Part shown: positions 1-9,716 of the stretch, one piece after another
How the letters are laid out: each line of letters begins with the position of its first letter
Numbering within the stretch: the first letter of the stretch is position 1
Notes under the pieces: model-generated
The model's database searches: none
The model's input: the letters and a program-made list of their open reading frames with translations, nothing else
What the model was told of the DNA's origin: nothing
Position numbers and translations under genes: made by a program
Origin: an uncultured Verrucomicrobiae bacterium
GTDB taxonomy: Bacteria; Verrucomicrobiota; Verrucomicrobiia; Chthoniobacterales; UBA10450
Length of the DNA: 64,000 bases
Direction: 5' to 3'
NCBI GenBank assembly: GCA_963801815.1
Contig: CAWDGJ010000002.1
Span: 832,001 to 896,000, forward strand

Positions 1-1095
1 ATTCGCGGCATTGTCGGTCCACGCGGCGTAATCCCATTGTAGCGCGACGACAGCGCGACCATCCTTTTGGATGGCAACTGGAATGCGACCGACCCGTTGA
101 ATTCGAGCTAACGGTTTCTTGGCATGAAGTTCCGACAGCACGCGCGAGGTACCGAGATAGAAGAGAGCGTCTCCTTCGTCGGTAGCTTCTGATCCGGCGA
201 GATCAAAAAAGGCCGCGCGATTGGCCACTCCATCGAGCGTTTCAAGATTCATCACAATGGCGGTCTGCACACTCGGCGAAAACGCCGTGCTGTTGTTAAA
301 CCGGTTCGCTACCTCGCGATCGCAGCCCATGGCCATCATCGATTTTAGATTGCGCAACCGCAGATCGGAGGGGGCTTGATCGAGCAGGGTTTGATTAAAC
401 GTGTTCGTTAGGCCAGTCCCGGTCAGCGCCATTCCCGCCGCGCCGCCAACGGGCATGGTGGCGACAGTGAACGTCATTTTTCCGGCAAACGTAGCCCAGG
501 CGAGTCCATTCAATTCCCGCTGCAAGGTTTCATTGCTGGAATAGGGGTCCACGCCGAGTTGAATCGCAACGGTTCGTTTGGCCTTTGAAAAACCAACGAG
601 GCTGGCCGCATTCGAATCTTCATACTGACTGCGCTCGCGTCCCTCGGTCTTCTCCTTCAGGCTTTGTCCCGCGCGGTTGGCAAATTTGAATAGGCCTTTA
701 GGGACTCCGGTGATTGTACTCACCGGGCGCGTGACGACGTCTTTAGCGACGACGAGTGGGCTCATCGTTGCCGCCTTGAGCGCTTTCTTGTATTCGTCCG
801 TGCGCGAGACTTCCTTGAGTTTGCGGATGGCGGCGACCTCACCCACTCGGCGCACCAACATAATGTTGCCGTCAGCTTCGAATTCGCCGTACTCGGAAGC
901 GATTAAGTAACGGTTACGCCCGGTGGAAGTGGGAACTTCGTCCTGCACGGTAAATCCGTCACCGGCCAGAAATTCGGGTTTGAGAAGCTCCTTTGCGCTA
1001 AGCATTGGCGGCTCCTCGGTGTTAGTGGGTGCGGACCCGGTCTGTCCGAGGAGAGAGAACGGGGCAAGCAGTAATAGAACGATGTATTTTTTCAT
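1..1095 (-). CDS. Secreted hypothetical protein, truncated by the window edge
   Basis: Own translation from ATG at 1095: MKKYIVLLLLAPFSLLGQ... (signal peptide), open for 365 codons to position 1; absent from the ORF track because there is no stop in the window. Confidence 0.8.
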   Translation of the reverse strand, partial: MKKYIVLLLLAPFSLLGQTGSAPTNTEEPPMLSAKELLKPEFLAGDGFTVQDEVPTSTGRNRYLIASEYGEFEADGNIMLVRRVGEVAAIRKLKEVSRTDEYKKALKAATMSPLVVAKDVVTRPVSTITGVPKGLFKFANRAGQSLKEKTEGRERSQYEDSNAASLVGFSKAKRTVAIQLGVDPYSSNETLQRELNGLAWATFAGKMTFTVATMPVGGAAGMALTGTGLTNTFNQTLLDQAPSDLRLRNLKSMMAMGCDREVANRFNNSTAFSPSVQTAIVMNLETLDGVANRAAFFDLAGSEATDEGDALFYLGTSRVLSELHAKKPLARIQRVGRIPVAIQKDGRAVVALQWDYAAWTDNAAN

Positions 1096-1256
1096 AGGGT
1101 TAAACGTGGTTGGTTAGGAAGCGGTATGGCTATTCGTGGTGTTTTCGTGACTTTCGGACTTTGAATTTTGGCATGAGCCTGGTGGATCAGCGTTGAAATG
1201 CTTCTCTTCCTCGTTCAAAACCTCGGCGTTATTCATTTGTCGGCGTCCATCTCGGA

Positions 1257-2333
1257 TTAATCGCGTGGCTTCAAAAAAATCGCGACCGAGGCGATGGTGA
1301 AGAGGAGAGGGAAAATTGCACGGCAGTAACGGTCAATTTTCTTGGCCCGTTTCACCTGCTGATTGGTCGCCAGGTTCGTCGTCACCAAAACCTGGATCAG
1401 GGAAATGAAAATAAGTAATGAGCTGACCATTATAAATGCATCGAGACGCGTCATATAAGGCAACCGTGGCACCTGGCTGTCGACGGCGAAGCGATAAGCA
1501 ATGAGCGTAAGCATGGAGGTCACCGCTACACTGATCTGAGAACCGGCATTGGTTGGATCAATCCAGAACACGGTCCACGACATCATCACGATGAGAACGA
1601 GGGGCAAAATCACCTTCAAAATGTAATACGACACGTTGCGTGATGCGGTGAACTCGAAGACGTAACCCGAATTCTCCAAACCGGGCGTAATAGCATAGGC
1701 GAGAGGTTTGAAATTCCATTCCTTGACCGTCCAATCCGGCAGCGTGATCGATTTCGAGATTCCGCCGGCCTGCTTAAAGCCGGCGTCGACCCATTTTTGC
1801 TCCGGCACGAAATTGAGTTCGTTGGTGCCGTATCTCATCGCGGCGAACTGCACGCGGAAAGTTTGGTGGTCAAAGGGAAATGATCTCAAGCGCAGCGCTT
1901 CCGAGAACGAACCTACGAATCGCTGACGATAGAGCACCGCGCCATCAGAGTCGACATCGACGGATTCCGGAAGCCGATGACTGACCGAGTTCGTCTCATT
2001 AACTATGCCCACCCTCGGGTTCCAGATTTGGTCAAGCGCGTAATGCATCACTCCGCCGCTAGTGTGGGCCAGACGCGGATCCTTCCAACGCAAAGCAATG
2101 AAAACATCAGCGCTGAAAGTTTGTTCTGCACTGTCAATGCTGTTGATGTCGACGATCCACATGGCGACGGAGACTTGCGTCGGCCCCGAGTCAGCGTTCG
2201 GCCGGTCGATTGCGGTGGGCGTTTCCGCACCGCGCGACCCTTGGACCGCGACGGCGAGGAATCCCGCTACCATCAGTGACTTGATTCCCCCCAGGCTGCG
2301 CCTAACCTGGTGGCTTTTCAGTGCGGTTTTCAT
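1257..2333 (-). CDS. Prokaryotic pentameric ligand-gated ion channel (GLIC/ELIC-like)
   Basis: WKDPRL, IWNP, Pro-loop FPFD, pre-M1 Arg (SRN), M1 ILPLVLIVMMSW, M2 TSMLTLIAY, M2-M3 PRLPYMT, four TM helices; start uncertain (2273, 2333 or 2414). Confidence 0.9.
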   Translation of the reverse strand: MKTALKSHQVRRSLGGIKSLMVAGFLAVAVQGSRGAETPTAIDRPNADSGPTQVSVAMWIVDINSIDSAEQTFSADVFIALRWKDPRLAHTSGGVMHYALDQIWNPRVGIVNETNSVSHRLPESVDVDSDGAVLYRQRFVGSFSEALRLRSFPFDHQTFRVQFAAMRYGTNELNFVPEQKWVDAGFKQAGGISKSITLPDWTVKEWNFKPLAYAITPGLENSGYVFEFTASRNVSYYILKVILPLVLIVMMSWTVFWIDPTNAGSQISVAVTSMLTLIAYRFAVDSQVPRLPYMTRLDAFIMVSSLLIFISLIQVLVTTNLATNQQVKRAKKIDRYCRAIFPLLFTIASVAIFLKPRD

Positions 2334-2423
2334 TAACGCTTTCTCCTGACACTCTATATTGATAGAGACAGTGCTAGTCAGCGACTGACTTTCGTTAGGT
2401 TCTGAACTAGCCATTTTTCGGAA

Positions 2424-3236
2424 TCATTTGAAAACGTAGGTGCAACTCACCGTAACGGTGTAGTTATCAGAACTGGTAGTGAGCGGAATTTCGCAGCGGG
2501 TGCCCAAGATCCATTCGCCGCGCCCTCCAAAGCTACGCCCTACCTCTAACTTGGCGGTTGAACTGAACTCGCCATGCGCAATGAAACTCCATGTTTCTTC
2601 AAATTCGTTATAGACGTACCAGTTTCCGGGCAGCGCAACGCTAACCGCCGGTTTCAAATGGATTTCCTGCTCCTCTGAAACCCCCGTTTCAGTAATGAAC
2701 GATTGATTGAATTGGACGAGAGTTTGGAACTTGAACGTACGGCAAGGCTGCACCGCAAATGCAACGATTGGCGAAAGGCGAAAAATTCCATCTCCCAAAG
2801 GAGGTCCCCCTGCGGTATCGAATTCCGCCTCGACGCCGGCGGCGTAACGAAAAATACCCTCGCCATGGATGACATGTCCGATCCGAAACTCGAGGTCACC
2901 AAAGCCAGCGCCGCTTTCTACTCCACTGACATGACCGGCGTCGTAATGCACCGCTGGTAAATCCACTTGCACCGTCCAGTCGCGCTGTGCCGTCTTGCCG
3001 AACGCATAGGCGAGGTTGAGCGTTACTGTATCCTTGGCGGCGCCCAATTCCTGATCTTTGAATTCATTGCTTAGCGAAAACCGACTGCTGAGAATAGTGC
3101 GGTCAAGACCGACATCAGGAAAGGCATCCGCGTTTTCCCCTACAGAGGATGTCGTTCCTGAGCTTTGCGCAAGGTCTGTGGAATCACCGGCACGAGCGGC
3201 CGCCGTGAAGAGATAACTCGCCATGAGCGCCATCAT
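2424..3236 (-). CDS. Secreted, probable outer-membrane beta-barrel protein
   Basis: Signal-like N-terminus, amphipathic beta-strand pattern, GFGDLEFRIG, aromatic C-terminus YVFK. Confidence 0.6.
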   Translation of the reverse strand: MMALMASYLFTAAARAGDSTDLAQSSGTTSSVGENADAFPDVGLDRTILSSRFSLSNEFKDQELGAAKDTVTLNLAYAFGKTAQRDWTVQVDLPAVHYDAGHVSGVESGAGFGDLEFRIGHVIHGEGIFRYAAGVEAEFDTAGGPPLGDGIFRLSPIVAFAVQPCRTFKFQTLVQFNQSFITETGVSEEQEIHLKPAVSVALPGNWYVYNEFEETWSFIAHGEFSSTAKLEVGRSFGGRGEWILGTRCEIPLTTSSDNYTVTVSCTYVFK

Positions 3237-3359
3237 GATCGAAAGGAATGCGGCGATGAACGGTCTCGTCGCCCTGTGGGAAATTTTGTCCGGATCACGC
3301 GAATTGATAAATGACCACCATTCGAGTTGCCACTTCTTAACGCCGGCATCCTCTGACTC

Positions 3360-4346
3360 TCACCACTGATCGTCGGTAGGATGCCAGGTCTTGTCGGGGT
3401 TGAAACGGTCCGTGCCCTCGAATGTCTTCAGGGTATCCGGTCCAAAGTCCTTCTCATAAACGGTCCCGTTAGCACCGACCATAAACGTCTTCACGCCGGT
3501 GACCCGATACTGGGCCGGAGCCGCCGCCAGCGCGAACCCGCCAATCATGGCTCCCTGCACCACAAAATCCATTTGGCCCAAAGGGGCCGCCGGACCTTGT
3601 CCCTTGAGGACTTTGAAGTAGTAGCCGTGATACGGTTGAGGCTTGTCCTTTTGCGTATAGCCTTGCGCCAAGGCGTTGGCGATCTTCTCGCCTACTGGCC
3701 CTCCCCAGGTTCCATCTGCGTTCTGCCACGCCAGACCATCATGTTTTCCCGGCGTGCTGATAATTTTCTGCGCGTATTGATTCACTTTTGCATCGTCATG
3801 CTTTTCCTGAGCGTATTGCTGCTGCGCTTCGACGAATCCGCGACAAATCGCAATCGCGTCCAGCTCATTCGAGCCGATCCGACGATTTAGTATTTCCTGG
3901 CGACCGATCTTGGTATCGAACATCCACTTTCCGTGTTTTTTCACGATTGGGATTGGCAGTGGAAAATCGTCGTTCCCAACAGTCACGATTGCCTGGTTCG
4001 AGTTCTTTGGATCGGTTCCGACATTGATTCTTTCTTTTGCCTTCGCTGCAAACGCCGTCGCTTTGTTTTTGTCTGCAACAGGGTCTTCGGAGCTAACAAT
4101 GTCATTGGCGTCCGGTCCGAGAATTTCCTTTAACGCGGGAACGTCGAAGGACGCCGCGGCTTGAACAAGACTGTCGGCCGCTTCTTTCGGCGTGTTGAAT
4201 TGCTTTTGGGTTGATTCGGCCGCCGCAGTTTCTTTCTTGGTTTCAGTCGCTGCCTTCAAAGCAGGATCGACAACGAGAGCAGCCACCATCGCAAACGCGA
4301 TCAGGAAAACTTTTATTGAGGTCATGAGGTTTAATTTTGATTTCAT
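3360..4346 (-). CDS. DUF2950 family secreted protein (copy 1)
   Basis: FPLPIPIVK, RRIGSNEL, STPGKHDGLAW, PYHGYYFKVL, MIGGFALAA motifs; directly downstream of DUF3300. Confidence 0.9.
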   Translation of the reverse strand: MKSKLNLMTSIKVFLIAFAMVAALVVDPALKAATETKKETAAAESTQKQFNTPKEAADSLVQAAASFDVPALKEILGPDANDIVSSEDPVADKNKATAFAAKAKERINVGTDPKNSNQAIVTVGNDDFPLPIPIVKKHGKWMFDTKIGRQEILNRRIGSNELDAIAICRGFVEAQQQYAQEKHDDAKVNQYAQKIISTPGKHDGLAWQNADGTWGGPVGEKIANALAQGYTQKDKPQPYHGYYFKVLKGQGPAAPLGQMDFVVQGAMIGGFALAAAPAQYRVTGVKTFMVGANGTVYEKDFGPDTLKTFEGTDRFNPDKTWHPTDDQW

Positions 4347-4370
4347 TTGTTTTTCCTCGGGCATTGATTT

Positions 4371-5769
4371 CTAGCGTCGACCTCCGCCACCGCCTCCTCT
4401 TCCGCCACCACCGCCACCGCGGCCTCCACCACCGCTAAAGCCGCCGCCGCCCATGCTAGAGCCGCCTCTACTGCTGGCAGAGCGCGCCGAATTTCCTCCT
4501 CCACCGCCGCCGAAAGCGCCGCCACCCCCACCACCGGAAGGACTACGGCCGCCGATACTTTCTGCGCCGCCACCACCGCCACTGGCACGACTAGATGCGG
4601 CACTGGTATTCGCGCCGCCAGATTTCGAACCGCCGCCAGCGCCCTGATTGGCTGCGGCGTTGCCGCCACCAGATTTCGAAGTGTTACCACTACTCGAGTA
4701 AACGTTGCCGTTGTGCACAGCGTAGGCATTGCCACTCGCAGTCTTTGCTACGGCCGTGTTCCCGTACTTGGTCGAAGCACCGGCCGCGGCTCCGCCTCTT
4801 GAGGTCTGGGCTGTTGCGGCAGTGCCATTCGCACCGGAGTACTCTGGTCGCAGTTGCCTGATTGGAGTAAGGAGTTCCACCGCGATACTGAGAATTGTGC
4901 TGCCATGTGGTGCTGCTGACGTTCGCGTTGTTGATGTTCGTCTTGTTGTAGGTGTTTACGTAAGTGTTGTTAACGTTGACTTTGACCGTGTTGCTGCTTC
5001 CCCATCCGCAACCGTATCCCCAGCCTCCGCTCCAGGCCGCGCCCATCGCAACACCCGCGCCAAACGCCAGAACAGCACCGGTAGCTGGTGGGTAATAAAT
5101 CGGCGGGTATGGGTAAACCGGCGGCCCGTAAACGACTACAGGATTGTACGAGGGTACGTAAACGATCTGGGGGTTGGCTTGCTGGATCACAATCACTGAC
5201 TTGCCTTCGACCGTCTGGGTTTCCACTTTCTGCTGCTGGCTGGATTTTAGATTTCCTGCAGTCTCCGCCTTGACGCGCATGCGCTGCACCGCATCCATCA
5301 CATCCGATTGCTGCGCGAGGAAGGCATTTCCCAAGTCCGTAGTCCACTGGATGTTCTCTGCCAGTTGCTTGACCGTATCTGGAAGCGCCGCCATGGACTG
5401 GATGCTGGGCTCCCAGTGCTGCTTCTGCACTGCATCCGCCAGCGCCTTGTCTTTCAAATTCTTATTCTTCCCTAACCACTGCTCTAATTGAATGATCTCC
5501 AACGGATAAGTCGATGCGGCCAACGTCTGGGCGAGGAGCGGATCCGGATAAAGTGCGATCGGCGCGACCAGCGAATCCAATTGATCGTTTGGTATCTTCG
5601 GCGCTTCCTCCTGGGTAGGTTCGTTGGTTGTCGTCGTCACGATCTGCGATTGCGCTGGCGGCGACGATGCGGGTTGGCCGAACGAGACCAGCGCGCTGCT
5701 GGATAAGATGGCCACTATGCCATGAAATACGTTTGTGAAAAATCTGGGTCGAGGACGGTTCGATATCAT
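4371..5769 (-). CDS. DUF3300 family protein with Gly-rich tail (copy 1), one frameshift near 4844
   Basis: QLDSLVAPIALYPDPLLAQ and IVYVPSYNP in ORF 4690..5769; Gly/Arg tail in ORF 4371..4880; span is 3n+1; paralog 6940..8376 is intact. Confidence 0.85.
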
Positions 5770-5850
5770 AGGTTTAGCATTTTAGTTGGGTGTCGTTTCA
5801 TCCGTTGGCGATGTCAGATTACTTCCTCGCAGCAGTGAGCGCGGCTTGGA

Positions 5851-5870
5851 TATGGGACTTTAGGCTTATG
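5851..5870. promoter_or_regulatory. Palindromic regulator box TATGGGACTTTAGGCTTATG
   Basis: Matches the window consensus; 82 bp upstream of ATG 5769. Confidence 0.7.
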
Positions 5871-5899
5871 CTTGGGACGCGAAGGAGCGACTCCAACAA

Positions 5900-6913
5900 C
5901 TAATCCGGTGAGTCGTCTTCCTCGTCGTCGTCGGTTTCATGCCAGGTCTTGTCCGGGTTGTAACGGTCCATGCTCTGAAACGTTTTCAACGTGTCCGGTC
6001 CGAAATCCTTTTGATAAACGATCCCGTCCGGGCCAACAATGAAGGTCTGGACTCCGGTCACTCGATATTCGGCCGGCGCCGCAGCCAGAGCGAAGCCGCC
6101 GATCATCGCACCCCCCACCACGAAATCCATTTCGCCCATCGGTGCGGCAGCTCCCTGGCCCTTGAGCACTTTGAAATAGTAACCGTGATAGGGTTGGTCT
6201 TTTTTCGTGTAGCCTTCTTCGAGAGCTTTGGCGACTTCTTCGCCAACTGGGCCTCCCCATGTTCCATCCTGATTCTGCCAGGCGAGCCCGTCGTGCTTGC
6301 CGGGCGTACTCAGAATACGTTGGGCATACTGATTTACTTTTGAATCGTCGTGTTTCTCCGACGCGTAATCGTGCTGCGCCTCGGCGAAGCCACGACAGAT
6401 CTCGATCGTGTTTAGTTCATTTGCGCCAATGCGACGATTGAGAATTTCCTCGCGGCCAACCTTTGTATCGAACGACCATTTGCCTTTCTGTTTCACGACC
6501 GGAATCGCCAATGGAAAATCATCGTTACCAACCACGACGACGGCGCGATTCGGATCTTTCTTGTCGATCTCGACCGATTTTTTCTCCTTGGCCTTGTTCG
6601 CGAACGCGGCAGCCCGGTTCTTGTCCATCACTGGATCTTCCGAGCTGACAATATCTTCGCTATCCGGGCCGAGAATCTCCTTCAACTGTGCAATGTCCCA
6701 GTTTCCGGCCGCTTGAACGAGTGCGTCCACCGCCTGGTCCGCGCTATCGAATTGCTTTTGCTGTCCTGCTGGCTCTTTCGCTGGCGCAGCGGCTGCGGAA
6801 CTTTGTTTCTTCTCCGCGGCATTGGTGACGAGAATGAGAGCGGCGCAACTAACCGTGGCCGCAATGATCATCAAGAGTTTCGACGAAGTCATAAGATTTG
6901 GTTTTGTTTTCAT
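5900..6913 (-). CDS. DUF2950 family secreted protein (copy 2)
   Basis: Same motifs as 3360..4346; clear paralog. Confidence 0.9.
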   Translation of the reverse strand: MKTKPNLMTSSKLLMIIAATVSCAALILVTNAAEKKQSSAAAAPAKEPAGQQKQFDSADQAVDALVQAAGNWDIAQLKEILGPDSEDIVSSEDPVMDKNRAAAFANKAKEKKSVEIDKKDPNRAVVVVGNDDFPLAIPVVKQKGKWSFDTKVGREEILNRRIGANELNTIEICRGFAEAQHDYASEKHDDSKVNQYAQRILSTPGKHDGLAWQNQDGTWGGPVGEEVAKALEEGYTKKDQPYHGYYFKVLKGQGAAAPMGEMDFVVGGAMIGGFALAAAPAEYRVTGVQTFIVGPDGIVYQKDFGPDTLKTFQSMDRYNPDKTWHETDDDEEDDSPD

Positions 6914-6939
6914 TGGTTTTCTCCTCATCGAATTACTTT

Positions 6940-8376
6940 TTAGCGCCGACCTCCTCCACCACCGCGTCCGCCTCCTCCGCCGCCGCGTCCGCCGCCGCCG
7001 CCGCGACCTCCGCCGCCACGTCCGCCGCCGCCGCTAAATCCGCCGCCGCCCATGCTGCTACCGCCTCGATGACTGCTGGCGCGCGCATAATTTCCGCTGC
7101 CGCCACCAAATCCGCCGCCGCGGTTTCCGTAGTTACCGCGTGACGACGCATGATTGCCGACACGATTTTCGCCACCTGCGGGACGAGTAGCTGGCCTGGT
7201 GCTCGCTCCGCCGCCCGGGCGATTTCCCGCACCAACATTTCCGGAACCAGTTCCACCGCCGGGACGATTGCCCGCGCCGGTTCCGCCACCAGGACGGTTG
7301 CCCGCTGCGGCACCGCCACCCGGGCGATTGGCCGGCAACGTACTGGCTCCGCCCCCTGGGCGATTGCCAGCGCCGGTTCCGCCACCGGGACGATTGCCCT
7401 GGCCTTGGGTTCTGCCGCCATATTTGTTGGCCGTGTTTCTGTCTCCATACGGAGCATTGCCTCGGTGTTCTGGTCGATGCTCCCACTTCCCGCCGTTCCC
7501 GTTACCAGGTCTGTTCCCGGGTCGGTTGTTGTTGTTCCAGTTCTTGTTCGAGTTATTCACGTACTTGTTGTTGTAGTTGATGTTGACGTCGCCCCCGTGG
7601 CCCCAACCGCAACCCCATCCCCAGCCACCGCCCCAAGCCGCGCCCAGAGCCAGACCCGCCCCGAACCACAGACCCCTTCCGGCGATGTATCCCGGATAAT
7701 AGTAAGGATAATAGGGATAAATCGGCGGACCGTAGACAACCACCGGATCGTAGGAGGGAACATAGACCACTTGAGGATTTGCTTGCTGGATAACGATCAC
7801 TTGCTTACCCCCTTCGACTGTTTGCGTCTCGACCTTCTGCTCCGCGCTTGTTTTCAAATTTCCGGTACCCTGGGCTTTGGCACGCATGCGTTGCACGGCG
7901 GCCATGACGTCGGATTGCTGTGCAAGAAAGGCGTTCCCCAGATCAGTCGTCCATTGAATGTTGCCGGCGAGGCGCGTAACCACGTCCGGGAACGCTGCCA
8001 TGGCCTGAACGCTCGGATCCCAATTCTGTTTTTCAACCGCTTCGGACAGAGCCTTGTCTTTCAAGTTCTTGTTTCGCTCCATCCATTGCTGAAGCTGAAT
8101 GATTTCGAGCGGATAAGTGGAAGCGGCCAGCGTCTGGGCCAATAGCGGGTCGGGGTAAAGCGCAATCGGCGCGACGAGCGAGTCCAACTGATCGGCCGGG
8201 ATCGGTGGAACCGCTTCGGTGGCGGCGGTGGTGGTTGTCAGCTCCTGCGATTGCGCTTGTGGAGCCTGGGCCAGGACAACAGGTTGGTCTAACGAGAGTG
8301 CAGCAACGCTCAAGATGGCGAGCCCGCCATGAAATAGATTTGTCAAGAATCCGGGTCGATAATTTCGTCGCTTCAT
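6940..8376 (-). CDS. DUF3300 family protein with Gly-rich repeat tail (copy 2)
   Basis: QLDSLVAPIALYPDPLLAQ, VVYVPSYDP, GW-rich segment, NRPGGG repeats, RGG-like tail. Confidence 0.9.
   Translation of the reverse strand: MKRRNYRPGFLTNLFHGGLAILSVAALSLDQPVVLAQAPQAQSQELTTTTAATEAVPPIPADQLDSLVAPIALYPDPLLAQTLAASTYPLEIIQLQQWMERNKNLKDKALSEAVEKQNWDPSVQAMAAFPDVVTRLAGNIQWTTDLGNAFLAQQSDVMAAVQRMRAKAQGTGNLKTSAEQKVETQTVEGGKQVIVIQQANPQVVYVPSYDPVVVYGPPIYPYYPYYYPGYIAGRGLWFGAGLALGAAWGGGWGWGCGWGHGGDVNINYNNKYVNNSNKNWNNNNRPGNRPGNGNGGKWEHRPEHRGNAPYGDRNTANKYGGRTQGQGNRPGGGTGAGNRPGGGASTLPANRPGGGAAAGNRPGGGTGAGNRPGGGTGSGNVGAGNRPGGGASTRPATRPAGGENRVGNHASSRGNYGNRGGGFGGGSGNYARASSHRGGSSMGGGGFSGGGGRGGGGRGGGGGRGGGGGGRGGGGGRR
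7205..7399 (-). repeat. Intragenic coding tandem repeat, six NRPGGG units
   Basis: GNRPGGGTGA / GNRPGGGAS / ANRPGGGAAA units with roughly 30-bp period and synonymous variation. Confidence 0.85.
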
Positions 8377-8434
8377 AGCTTTTCTACCTTTCTTTGCTGC
8401 GAATAGAAGGGTGCCGACTTAACTTTCCCGAGCA

Positions 8435-8454
8435 TATTGGACTTTGGTCCCATA
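8435..8454. promoter_or_regulatory. Palindromic regulator box TATTGGACTTTGGTCCCATA
   Basis: Near-perfect 8-4-8 inverted repeat; 59 bp upstream of ATG 8376. Confidence 0.85.
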
Positions 8455-8692
8455 CCCGCAGCGGCGTTCTTGATGTATGGAACGGAGAAGTCGCGCGTGA
8501 ATGGCATCCTGATGGGGATGATCCCGCTTGACGGCCTAAACCGCTCCTATAGCGGGCTTGGCCAGGGCAACCCCGCGCGCAGCTCTCTCTATATATATAA
8601 GAGAGTCGGCCGGGTGGGGTGCCCCGGGGAGGGCCGATTTAACCGTGGAACCGCGGGCCTGCTTGGGGAAAAGAGTAGGCACCGAATTGGCG

Positions 8693-8881
8693 CTATTTTG
8701 CCGTCCACTCGACCTTGCCGGTGTCGAGATCGTAGGAGCCTTCGACCACGCGGACCTGGGACGAGAGCTCACCGAGTTGGGCATCACTTCGAATCTTCTT
8801 TGCGACCTCCGCATCATTTTCATGAATAGTATTCGTTAGGGGGTTTGCAGGGCCAATGGCTTCACCGGGGCTCCCGTCCAT
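8693..8881 (-). pseudogene. Remnant C-terminus of a beta-carbonic anhydrase
   Basis: ...LTNTIHEN...VRVVEGSYDLDTGKVEW* resembles the beta-CA C-terminal YDLxTGxVE motif; catalytic N-terminal part absent. Confidence 0.55.
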
Positions 8882-8956
8882 CTTCTGATTTTAGAAAGGG
8901 GTTACCGGCAAACGGTTGCCATGATGTCCTAGCCAGACAATCGGTACGAATGCGGC

Positions 8957-9592
8957 CTATGCGACAGGAAGCATAAGCATCCGCACGGCGGCGAACAAAA
9001 AGCCTGCAAGGGCGAAGAACAAACTGCTTTGGCGCACGTATCGGTGGTCGAATTTTCCGGAAGTGCCGGCAAAAAACAGAACGGCAGCGAACAGGACGGT
9101 ATTGCTTAGATAGTGCGCCGCCACCGCGCTCGCTCGTTTTGCCGCGGCGTCGTTTCGTCCGGCGTCAGCGTTGGCCTGTCGTGCGTCCTGGACGAAACGG
9201 GGCTGGTAAAGATTTGGCACAAACGGATGTGGGTCCGCTTTTGGATTCTCGAACGGCTTTTCCGCGATCCAGGCGTCATAGGCTTTGCGCAGTTCCGGCG
9301 GAAAACGGTCGAGATAAAAATTCGCTAACTTCTCTTTACCAGATATCTGGGCATCGATGAACTCGGTAAACACTTTCGCCTGGAGTAACGTTGTCTGGCC
9401 GCCCTCCAAGTGAAGCAGCGCGGCTTGTTGATTCGAGCGACCGGCTTCAGTAGCGAAACTGCTGCTTTGTCCATTCCATTCCGAAGATTGATATGAACAC
9501 CACGCTGTGCCGAGCGTCGACAACGCCATGATAATCGCGGACGCAGGTTCGAACCAGCGCCGCTTGTCTTCGCTTGGATTCGGGTCAGTCAT
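8957..9592 (-). CDS. Hypothetical membrane protein (DUF4337-like topology)
   Basis: One N-terminal TM (AWCSYQSSEW), soluble helical region, two C-terminal TMs. Confidence 0.7.
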   Translation of the reverse strand: MTDPNPSEDKRRWFEPASAIIMALSTLGTAWCSYQSSEWNGQSSSFATEAGRSNQQAALLHLEGGQTTLLQAKVFTEFIDAQISGKEKLANFYLDRFPPELRKAYDAWIAEKPFENPKADPHPFVPNLYQPRFVQDARQANADAGRNDAAAKRASAVAAHYLSNTVLFAAVLFFAGTSGKFDHRYVRQSSLFFALAGFLFAAVRMLMLPVA

Positions 9593-9716
9593 GTGCCGAA
9601 ATGATTCCTGCTTGGCGAGGCTTCATTTAGAAGGCCGACTTTTCCTTCCCCTCTGTATATTATAATATAGGGATCTTCGGAAGACGCGGAGTCTTAATAG
9701 ATCCGTCGACGAGTTT

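Noticed and set aside
2382..2401. CGACTGACTTTCGTTAGGTT upstream of the ion channel as a box
   Set aside because: Too many mismatches in both half-sites
4371..7100. GCC/CCG-rich tracts as independent DNA repeats
   Set aside because: Fully explained by the Gly-rich coding tails of the DUF3300 genes
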